Of a stretch of DNA of 64,000 nt, positions 49,422-60,600 are shown piece after piece. Below the pieces are notes generated by a model. The model had not been told where the DNA came from, searched no databases, and saw only the letters and a program-made list of their open reading frames with translations. Source of the stretch: Phoronis australis (taxonomy: Eukaryota > Animalia > Phoronida); the NCBI GenBank assembly GCA_002633005.1, contig NMRA01000026.1, forward strand, positions 1,632,710-1,696,709, read 5' to 3'. Positions within the stretch are counted from its first letter, which is position 1; every line of letters begins with the position of its first letter. A program made the translations under genes and the position numbers.

Positions 49422-49509
49422 CATGGGCAACACATCATTGCCTGACAGTGACAGGGGGCTGGGGGAGGCAAAAGCTCCCCACTTTTTTCAGTGCTGGGTG
49501 CCACCCATG
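49422..49509. mobile_element. Short hAT-like MITE with 8-bp target duplication
   Basis: tactacta|catgggcaacac ... gtgccacccatg|tactatta (target duplication with one mismatch); homologous to 26721-26857. Confidence 0.65.
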
Positions 49510-50619
49510 TACTATTAGATCGTATCATGGCAAAAAAACATCAGAAAGTAGACAAAAGACCATTTGGGAAAACAAATCACTCTTAACATAAAGGATTTCA
49601 TCATTTACGCAACAAAAACTTTGTAACAACTTTATTTCGAACGGTGAAGTTGCGATGCCATTGAACTTCAACGTAGCCGATGGTGGCGCTTACATGCGGC
49701 GACTTAGTGAACTAACGACTGCTGTTTGAAAAGTGCCAATGCGCAGCAGTTTGACAGAATTTCTGAAAATGAAATAATTACCAATTAAAAGAGTGATAAA
49801 TTCCTCATCTAAAAATCGGGGGGGCATATTGCGCAACTGGAAAAACATCAATCTCCCGACCGACCAAAATTAGGCCTTCCGGACGATCGAAAATTCGCCA
49901 TGAAAACTTGGCCTTGACTTCGAGAAAACAACTTGAGGAGATGCGCACGCATCTAAACTACATCCTGTCCAAATTTCATGTTTGTATTTGAGAGTATAGT
50001 GCTCTTTTGGATAGGAGGAACAAGAGGTACTTTTTCGAAAGTTGATCGCATGGCGGAAAATCGTGCGCTAAAAAAAGCTTACAAAAAATGATTTATCAGC
50101 GCTAATTTGAGACAAAAAGATTACAAACTTACAAATAAAGACTAAGGTAACGATTCATAACACAAAATTGTCTTATAGTTAACTTTGAAGTCTGAAATCG
50201 GGTAATTTACCGACGTGGGTTTTACACGGAGGCAGATATGGAGCACCGTGACCTACTTTTCGATTGTCCTCCCTACTGGTAGGAATATTTTAACAACATG
50301 ATTGATGAATCAGTTACTTATTTCATTGGTTACAATTCTTTTCATTGTTCTTGCCAACAGGTCCAAGTGCCTGGATCAGTTTGGCAGATTGCTAAATTTC
50401 TCACTTAAACTGTCGCTCAAACCACGGCACGATACTGTCTACAATACTTTATAATGGTACAAAATTAGTAAAGAGAAAGGTCAAAGGTTAGGCAATTACT
50501 AGGCCCCTCCGTTGGCCATTTAGGGGCTACAATACTTCATTCGCTTTCTGTACGCATTTGGTTACATGTATTTTAAGAACAAGATAAGTTCAAATCTGCG
50601 CAAGATCGTACCCAGAAAC

Positions 50620-50964
50620 TAGGCAATGACCATCGCCTCTGTTGGCCCGAACCAGAGGCGATGTAGAGGCTATAGGCGCTCTGTACGCCGGAAGCTTTTC
50701 GGCGAATTATGCCTCGCACCGACTAAACCATCAAAGCCACGAAAAAGTTTCATAACGGGAGTATTTGTTCGAGTTGGAAGAACTTAAACACATCGACAAC
50801 CTCCTAAGGTGTTCGTCTATGTGCAAAAGGTAGTTATAACAACGTGACTTTGATTGTTTAGTCGGTGCGAGGCATAATTCGCCGAAAAGCTTCCGGCGTA
50901 CAGAGCGCCTATAGCCTCTACATCGCCTCTGGTTCGGGCCAACAGAGGCGATGGTCATTGCCTA
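50620..50964. mobile_element. Young Mutator/foldback-type MITE (345 bp, about 110-bp near-perfect TIRs, 9-bp target duplication) upstream of CCAR1
   Basis: cccagaaac|taggcaatgaccatcgcctctg ... cagaggcgatggtcattgccta|cccagaaac (direct repeats 50611-50619 and 50965-50973). Confidence 0.9.
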
Positions 50965-51008
50965 CCCAGAAACATGAGAAAAATCCCTGGACGAACACAC
51001 ATATCGTA

Positions 51009-51018
51009 GTCACGTGAC
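51009..51018. promoter_or_regulatory. Perfect palindromic extended E-box GTCACGTGAC (USF/MiT-TFE CLEAR-type) in the CCAR1 proximal promoter region
   Basis: gtcacgtgac, about 650 bp upstream of the CCAR1 ATG in a CpG-rich stretch. Confidence 0.5.
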
Positions 51019-51662
51019 CATTGTTTTGAAGATCGTCTGCGTGTGTGAGTGAACGAGCACGTGCGTGTCATCAGCGTTCATTTGCCGAAGTAAACGCAAT
51101 GTAGGCCTAACGATTTAGGTGTGCATTGTAACTAAAGAAATAACACATCAAGCAGTATCACGAGAACGTGTTTTATTTAGCACATGCTGATCACATCTAC
51201 TATTAAAACGTGCGAGAATTGTCTCGTTAGGGCCCAAGGCCGAATGCAGTCGCCAGGTGACTGGATGTGTGACAGTCTGAGTTATTTTCCGGGAGATTCG
51301 GGGGCGGAGGTGTCCACTAGACAGTGGGGCGTTTTATGAGGTATTTTACTTTAAAAACACCAGTAAAGCAATCCCTCTTAAAAATAACGCAACAGTTTTT
51401 ACGGCATTAGAAACTTTCTGAAATTAGTGCCAATATTTATTTCTTGCCGATATGCTACCCGTAGTTTTATGGATAGTTCCTGAAGAGTAATGTCTGCGAA
51501 GTGACAGGTATGCAGGCCTTCATCCAGGATTTTGAAAATAGGGTGTCCAAATTGACTGTATACAATTACAGAATAGTCCCTTATACTAACTCTAACTTGG
51601 TTTTCACACTTGCCATTTCCTACATTGTTTTATTTCTTTTGCAATAGACAGTGACGTGACGT

Positions 51663-54600
51663 ATGGCTCAGTTTGGAGGTGCCAAGAATCCTCCATGGGC
51701 GAGGGCCAGCGCAGAATACAGCATGGCAGCAGGATTGGGTCAAGCACCTGCTGGAATCTTGAACCAGCCAGGTGTCGCCTCTGTCTACACTCTCAGCCAG
51801 ACGGCTCCATCAGTCGGACAACCAGCCTACGCTGCACAACTAGCTGCCGTTGGGACACTCGGACCTGTAAGTCATTACCTGTATTTGTCTTAGATTGAAA
51901 TAAATCAGTGTCAGTGCTTACTTTAACACCAACTCGCCAAATGCAGTTTGGCTAAAACCCGAGGTTGCCAAATGAAAACAGAGGTCACAAAAAGGTTCCC
52001 GCTATGGCGATGTTACTGTTATTGAAAACTATGCATACCTCTTCTGTTTCTTCCGTAAATATGTAGTTTACTTGGTATTGTGGTATACATTACCCATACG
52101 CGACACATTGCCATGACAGACGATATAATGCTGCCGCTTTTTCCGTCATTCAACAGGGGTCCCTATGTCGACTCTCTGATCGCTTTAAAAATGTTTACCC
52201 TGTTCATAATTTGTTCGATAAGTTTCCAAGGTATATTTTAGTTTGCTTACTCTAACTCAGTCTAAATGAATTCGTCTTACCTACAGAGAATGCAGATGAT
52301 CGCAAATATTGGAGCTGCGTGCCTCTTGGTCAGATGTTGTCTGATTTGTGTCTAACAGTTACGACTTCGTCATCTGTTGTAGGTTGAGTGTGTGTTTGAT
52401 ATATGCTGACTGCTGAAGGTGGCAAATGTACTGTTTTCTCAACATAAACATAATTAAAACAATTATGAACCAAAGGTTGTGTGTTTATGAAAAAAAATGT
52501 TGTTAATTTATTGTTTGGAAGTCACCACAAAATATGGAGTAAATAATAAGTGAATTATTGTCCGACTTCGTTTGCTACTCGCTGTGGCGCCTTCCTTGCG
52601 ATTTTGTATTTTTTTCAAGTTGCAAAATACAATCTGTCGTACTGGCAAGCTAATTGAGCCTTGATTGTGTAGTAAGGATTGAAACTAATAAGAGAGCAGA
52701 GTTCATTTTTCTTTGCAAGTTGCATTTCCTGGCCCCTATTTCTTTTCAGTCACATTTCAGTGGTCATATATTGTGCGACTGGTCCTTGTTGATTAGTTTC
52801 ATGATGACCATAGTAAAAGTACTTCACTTCATTCTAATTTTTCTTGGATCATTTCATTTCAGGCAGCAGCACTCCAGCAAGGTGCAGTGTTGGCCCAGGT
52901 AACACAGTTTCACAAACTACTTAATTTTATAACATTTTGTTAAAAACTATGCTCCTGTATGCCTTAACATCTGCCACCTACAATTAATGAACAAGTTGTA
53001 CAATGTGGGTACCATAATTCTTCACCAATTTAGCCCACGCTGTTGGGCAGACACATGAAATTTTATTTTGTGAAGTTCCTCAACAAAAATACAGATTAAG
53101 AAAAATTTTAGCAAATGTTGATTTCTGCTGACTGTGTGGCTGTCATAAAACAACATTGGGTAAAGCTTCCATTGTTTGTTGCTAGCTAATTAGCCTTGAA
53201 AAACGGCAATTTTGACAAAACAGTTTTGTGCAACATAACTGAAGAATTACTGTAATTTGTAAGAAACCTCAATCTATCCGTTGTTTTCTGAATTTCCTTT
53301 ACCCCACGTTGTCCCGTGGAATGTCCTCCATACTTATTTTCTTGTAGATGTGTGCGTATGTCCTTACTATAATGTAATTCAACACTACACGTCTTACAGC
53401 CAGGAATAGCCCTGCCAACTAGCCTAGCCTCATCCAATCCTCAGATGGCTACAGTCAGCTACCCAACCCCCAGAGCTGCAGTGCCCACAGTCCAGCAGCC
53501 CAAACAAAGAGTCTTCACTGGCACTGTCACCAAGTTACATGACACATTTGGATTCGTTGACGAGGATGTGTTTTTCCAGACGTCGTAAGTTGAATAGGAT
53601 TTGGAATAAACTAACGCATGTTTGTTTAGTTAATTGTCCAAGCAGACACAAATGGCAGATTTTTGTCTAGAACTCTTACATCCACCACACACGGCCAATA
53701 AAGAACCTGAAAGTAAACTTGCACGCTGAACATTTTTGAATTGTGTAAAAATTACCTTTATCCAAGTGTAGCTCACTATGTACAGTTGCTCATTAATTAA
53801 AAATGGTATGCCATTAATCATGCATCTCTCTGTAAGCTCATACTCATTATTGCTTTTCTTCTCCCATTGTGGTTGTGTTTTATTATTTTGGTACTTCATC
53901 TCTTGCTAGGTCAGAATATTATACGCGTGGCCGACCAGCACCCTTTGAAATGATCCCTCTTCTGCAGTAAAGGTTATCAAAATCTGGTTAACTTCTGAAT
54001 ATCATATTGTCATGTGGTTGGTCATATTCAATTGAAAATTTCCGATATTGTGCTTTGTGCTCTGTTCTCAATACAGGGTTTGAGGAACTTCGGCATGAGA
54101 GGCTATCAAAGTTTGGATTTTTATGACAAAACTCAAAAATTTGGGAAACTAGGACAGTTTCTAAGATTTAAGTAAAATTTGGTCATGTTATCGATACCGT
54201 AGTCTTAGTATGATTGTTCCATTCTTTTTGCTAAACTTTTCTAATGGGACATGGTCACTTCACCTAATTAATAGCACATTGTCTTGAATCAAATTCTAGA
54301 GGGTCTCCACTTTCAGAAAATATATACTTCCACTCAGAGTTAAATTCTGTGATTTTGTAGATAATAGGCTTAATGTACATCTATTTGGATAAAGTCTCAG
54401 ATGACATTGAATGTTGCGCAGTTGTTCTCATTCTCCTGTCTATTTCTCAGCTGTGTGAAGGGCTCTCAGACTAAAGTGGGTGACCGTGTCTTGGTCGAGG
54501 CGTCCTACAACCCAAACATGCCGTTTAAGTGGAATGCCACCAGGATTCAAGTTCTGCCCAACCAGGTAACGTGAACTTGGTAGGCTGTTAAAGATAGGAT

Positions 54601-57600
54601 CAAAATGACGCATTGTGGATTTAATAGATGATGTTGCAATTGATTGCATTACAAAAATTTTTGTTCAATGTAGTGATTTGCGTATTTTGATTTTTCTGTA
54701 CTTAGTTTCTCTTGGTTAGTATTTTGTGTCATCAATTTATTTTCATTCGATTTATATTCATTTAAGTTTAATATACCATCGTAAAATTTTTTCAATGATA
54801 ACTCACTCAACATATGTCTAAAGAAACGGTAATCCATATAAATGTGTATGAATTTCTGAAGTATTTGTATTGCTGTTTGAAATTCCCAGACTCCAATATA
54901 TGTATGTAGATTGTACAGTTTTGTAACATTAAGTAGAACATTGGTATTTCAATTTCTGCTTGCTGATAAATTGTAGGCACTTGCAGTGTCAGTACATCAG
55001 AGTGTTATGTTCAGTAATGGTAGCCTCTTACATTACAATCACTTCTTGTGAACTTAGTTTTTCTTGCTAACTTCAGTGATATGTTCAGCACTCTTTCTTA
55101 GTAATGTATGCATTCTACACAGGCTGCCGTACAGACTAGCCAGTTGCTGACCGGGCAGGTGCCAGTTCAACAAGCACCACAGCCCCTGACCAAAGTTCCT
55201 CAACCTCTTGCTCCGGGCCTCACGGCTGCTGGACTCGCCCAACCACCCCCTCTTCTGGGACATCCCACTCCAGGTATGGTACTGTGGACGGAGGTCAAGT
55301 TAATCAGAGAATCAAATCATTAAAATCCAACACTTGTGTTTTGTTTCGTAGACTTGGAATTAAGTTGCAATACTGAGTACTAAGTGTAGTCTAAAAGGAT
55401 GACTTGTTAAAAAATATGCGTGTAAACTTTTTAGGGCAGTTTCAGTCTCAGCCAACTAGGCTTCTTCAGCAACCACCAAACCGTGACAATCGAGAACGAT
55501 TCGGGCGAGACCGTGACAACAGAGAACGCCACCGTGAAGTACGTGAACGCCGTTCGCCTGCCCCACGTCGACGGTCACGTTCTCCACGCAGACGCTCGCG
55601 TTCACCAAAGCGAGCTTCTCCCCGTCGCAGGGCCGCGAGAGTTGTGCCCAGATATGTGGTGCAAGTGCCAAAGATTAGTCTGGATATGTGAGTTTATGTT
55701 AATACTGTTTACTTAGTGTAAACATATTTTGTTTCTGATGTATGAGACAATAATGGACAAAATGTACATTGTGCACAAGTTGTATTCAAATATGGATGTC
55801 ATTCTTCTCAATTATACTTAAATGGTGGATAGTCTTTATTTTCGTGGAAGTGATGCAAGGCTTGCTCAGTCAGAACAAAGCAAAAAGCTGGGTATAAGGT
55901 TTCAGTGCTTTATCAAAATCAACAAGGTGAAGATGGTGAGACGCGTGAATATTTAATGGTAATTGTTAGGTAATAAAAAGGTTTGTTTCACGTCCTGATG
56001 TTTACAGTGCATGTGAAATTCTGGGGTTCTGTCTCGCTACAAGTCTGTGGTGAATAGACTCCATTAGCTTTGTATGTCTCTGTTTGGGTATCTCTTTCTC
56101 TTCATACGTAGGCCTACCCCACTGGTAGTTGCTATGTCCTGTAGTGGTCATATTGTTCACGTTGTCTATTGTATGTCACTATGTGGTCTCCTGTGCCATT
56201 TTATTTTAGGTTCATCTACATGTACTCAGCAGTCTGTAGCACACCCTTGACAAAGAGCGCATCGCTCGAAACGTGGGAATATTTTAATATATTTTAGTAC
56301 CGACACTCGTTGTTTTAGTTTTACTATTTTAAAATTGTATGGTGTGAATGACTGTACATTGGTATATGTGTGCGGATGTGTGAAGTGGAGAGGTTTTAGC
56401 AGCCTTGTAAAGCCTTGTTCATTCACTTTCGTTTCAGTAAGGAGGGCAATGTGATATGCCTGCGCTCGCGCTACCCCAACATGTACATCCCCAGTGACTT
56501 CTTCAACGCCGCGTTCAAGTGGACCGAGGCTTTCCCTATGCACCAGACATACCCACTAGGCAATGAAAGCATATTTCATGTCATGAGCAAGGAGGTAGAG
56601 ACAACCGTACCAAACACAGCCGTCTACGAGCCTAGCGATGCCGATCACTTGTTCAGTGCAAAGGTAACCCTGTACAGTTATGCTAGCGAAACAAAAAAGT
56701 ATGGCCTAGGGTTCACTATCAAAGAAGTTAAAATAATATTGCTTAGCAATAAAAAGCGTGCATGAAGTTGTTATTTTATTGTTGCATATTGGCACATGCT
56801 TTGTGTGTAGCTTGATGACGCAGGTTACATCAAAATATATGTTAGTTGGTGTAATTGAAAATTGCGTTTTTGCAGCTCTGTATTTCAAGCACTTAAAGTT
56901 GAATCATTGGTAGATCATTAAATGCTTAGTGAAATGACCTCTGTGTGTGTATGTAACTAAATTTTGTTTATAACTATATGTGTTAACCTTTACCTGTCAG
57001 GTATTGCTGCCGGCCTGCCCGACTATGGACGACCTGTTTCATAAGTCGTGCGCCCTTGCTGAGGATGCCACTGAGGTACGCGACAACTTCCAGCATCCCA
57101 CCAGGCTGATCAGCTTCTTGGTTGGTCTGCGCGGCAAGACAGAGCCCATGGCAATCGGAGGCCCGTGGTCACCATCGCTGGATGGAGACAACCCAGCTGG
57201 GAATCCCAGAGTCCTTATCAACACAGCTATCCGCACGACAAAGGCGTTGACTGGCATTGACCTGAGTTGCTGTACACAATGGTATGGATCTTGGGTCTTT
57301 TATGAACCTACTGAGAATTGAAGAACAAATGATGTTTAGAATAATTGGTCATCATAACCAGAAATGTTCATAGTCGCAGCATGCATTCCCAGACTGTGTG
57401 TTTTTGAAGTAATTTTTTGTTAGTTTTTGTTTGTATATTGTGTGCGTGTGTGTGGAAGTGTGGTTTACTGTCTCTGATGGGTGGTGAATCTCTGTCCACC
57501 CTGGATTCTGTCGCCCATTGTACTAAATGATGATCTCTTCAACCCCTGGCAGGTATCGCTTTGCAGAGATCCGCTACCACCGCGCAGAGGAGAGCCACAA

Positions 57601-60600
57601 GGGCCGGGTGGTGGCGGCAAGGGTCGAGACTGTCGTCCTGTTCCTACCCGGGGTCTGGAGCTGTATGCCGTCCCGCCTCGACTGGGAAACATTACAGGAA
57701 TCCTACAGGAAGCAGCTGCGTGATAAATTAGCTGAGGAGACGCGTCTAGACCAACAGGCACGGAGTATTTGATTACTCCTATGTTTTGTGTTTCTAAACA
57801 CACTTATTAGTTTTACTCGTACGCATTGTCACTCTGTAATCACATGTTTGCCTCTTTCAAGTTGCTGATAAACTCTCCATAACCCGTCCCACTGAGGTCA
57901 GGGTTGAAACTCTCCACGTCTTGTACGGTGCTGAAGCCTCAAGGGATGAGGTCAGGAAATTTGCCCAACGTTTTTTCCACACAGCAGATTGCACAAAAAT
58001 GTCGTCAGAAGAGAGTGTGACATGTCGTTTAGCACGAGCCTCTCTCACGGATGTTCGTGTGCTTCGCTCGTGCTCAGCCACGACTGAGGTCGTTCTTCTT
58101 TTTCAGCTGGCGTCGAAGACGAGTACGTGAGTTAGCATTAGCTGCCATGTCTATAACTACTCCTCCCTCATCCGCAATGTACGGCGGACGTCCATCACAA
58201 GCTTTTTCTTGCCATTAGTTGTATTATACAAACGTTTCTGCTTTGATTTCAGATGCATATCCGTACATCGCAGCTTTACTCTCAGTGCAAAACCTTTTTA
58301 GAACTCGCGTCAAAAACACTTTTTCAATGATCTCAACACCTCTCTCTCAAAATTATTGTCCAAAGCTGCACGAAGTATCAAATTATACCGCTTAGTCACA
58401 AGCATAATCTTGCACTTTTCTACAGAGCTCTCTGCTGACTGTCAGTTTTACTTTGTAGGGAGAAGAGGAAGACAAGGATGCTGAAGAGGAATCCGATGAT
58501 GCAAAGAAATCGGATCCTACTCACTTTTCACAGTTAGATCCTAGGAGCATGAAGGTACTGTCAATTACTGTTTTGCATGACTTTGAGAAACGATGGTGAC
58601 TGATCACTTTAAGCACATGTCTTCCGTTGGCACCTGGGTCTACATGAGGATACGTAAACTTCGTTCACCATGCATTGCAACGGGGCTCACATTTACTTCA
58701 TTTAGGTTTTTTGGCGAGTCCTCGAGTTTCTTTGTCAATCCAGTTGTTGTTCCCTTGTGACTAGCCATCACAATTTGCTAGGGTAGTCTTCCATTTCCCT
58801 CCGACATGTTTTACATGCTAATCCATTTCTGTTAACTTTGTTTATTATAACGTTTTTGTCAAGACAACAATGGTTTTTGTTAAGCACATTAAACGACCGT
58901 GACTGGCTTGGGTGATACCATTTTTCATCAAGTGTGTATTAAATATGTTGTTTCTTCACACCTGTGTTCATGTGCTACAGGTGAACGACCTACGCAAGGA
59001 GCTGGAAGCGCGCAACATCAGCGCCAAGGGGCTCAAGTCGCAGCTTATTGCCCGTCTTACCAAGGCCACTAAGTCCGAACAAGAGAAAGAGGAAGAAGAA
59101 GAGGAGAATAAGAAGGTGAGTCACCCTGGTGTAGTCAAAGTACAAATAACATAGGAAAACAATTGTTACTGACCCTGGGTAGGTTTCATGAAAAGTGACT
59201 TAAGTCAGAAATTTGGTAGAATGCAAATCATACATTTTCAAATTGGTTGTTCACAGGGGCAACGACTGCGCCTCTGTCAAAAAGACAACTCGATTCAGGT
59301 CACCTTCGGTTACAAAATCACTCTTATTTTATTCCTTTTTCAGATTAGAAATTTACTTTTAGGCTTAAAAGGACTTAAAGTTCATTACTGGTTTAGATCA
59401 GGTTCATGAAGTTTTGTTTTTTTTGCAGTTGATTAGTTTCAGTTGCCAAAGAAGTGTGATAGTCACATTAATTGCGGGCGTTTTTCTTTTTTTTTTTGCT
59501 ACCAATTTCAATTAAATCAGAGGCTAAGAACATGACGGTGCTCCAGGAAAGCAAATATGCCTTTGAAGAGAATCATCTATTACACCAGAAAGTGGTTTAT
59601 GTTGGCGTTAAGTAACAACTTGGAGGTCACAGCCTCAGGTGTATTTTTTCTTATGTTTGGTGGTAATATTCTTGCGAATGTGAGACGGAACAATAACTAA
59701 TTTGAAAATGGAAAAGACGCGTGTGGTTACCCATGCGTGGTGATGCTGGTTTCTTTTGAGCCCTAGTGGCTTTCTGTCTCAGTCCTGCTGCTGTTTTGGC
59801 GACCTGTGTCCAGCTGTATGTAACTGTACCTGTGTCCAGCTGTATGTAACTGTGTAACTGTGTACGTGTGTCCACAGGAAGCTGAAGCAGCTCAAGCAGC
59901 AGCTGCCTCAGTGAGAGATGAAGAACCAATGGAATCTGAGACCAAAGACGATGATAGGAAGAAAAAGGATGTAAGTCTAGTCTCCATCTAGTACTAACCA
60001 GTCACGTGAAAACTTAGAAAAACACTGATGTGTTCACGGTGAGTGTATGGAAGTCGCATTGAGCTTGAGTCCTAGGGCCTGTTTTATCAAAGGTTGAAGT
60101 CCGGTTTGAGGCTCATTGTTGACGAGAGGACATAACTTTTTTGCAATTATAACGAAATCTTGCTACTGACATCAAGGTGGTCGTAGGTTACAGTCGAGTT
60201 AGTGTCGCCTTCATTAACAATGTTAATGAATTGTTTGCCTCTAAAAATTGAAGATATGACCAACTGAGGAATGACTAGGTGTATGACCTTTGATAAAATG
60301 GAGACCTGGTATGTAACTCATGAACAACAACTTAAATTAGTCTAGTCCACTTATTCTTCCAGTGGTCATTAAGGGTGTGCTTTAGAGTAGTGATAGTCTG
60401 CCACAATGTTTTGGGTTGGAATTTTCCCATCTTCATGACACTACAAGCAGCTTTGCTTACATGAACATACTCTCGAATCACATTTGATGATCGTCACTTT
60501 CTCGCCAGGAGGAGGATCGTAAACGCAAAGATGAGCGTGACAAGGCGGCGCGTGAACGTCGCTACACACTGCCCGATAACCCAGCCATTGTGGTTCACCC

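Larger units (their letters stand above)
48797..50275. mobile_element. Non-autonomous TIR DNA element (about 1.48 kb) with 7-bp target duplication and nested MITEs
   Basis: ctggtag|tagggaggacaa ... ttgtcctcccta|ctggtag: perfect 12-bp TIR and perfect 7-bp direct repeat (48790-48796, 50276-50282). Confidence 0.75.

Noticed and set aside
50731-50958. 75-aa Arg-rich ORF
   Set aside because: Lies within a palindromic MITE; no recognisable domain.
57862-58126. Longer 265-nt coding exon in the CCAR1 GC-AG intron
   Set aside because: Gives an early stop with the GC donor and ends out of phase with the GT donor; not a productive coding exon, although use as a longer poison exon is not excluded.
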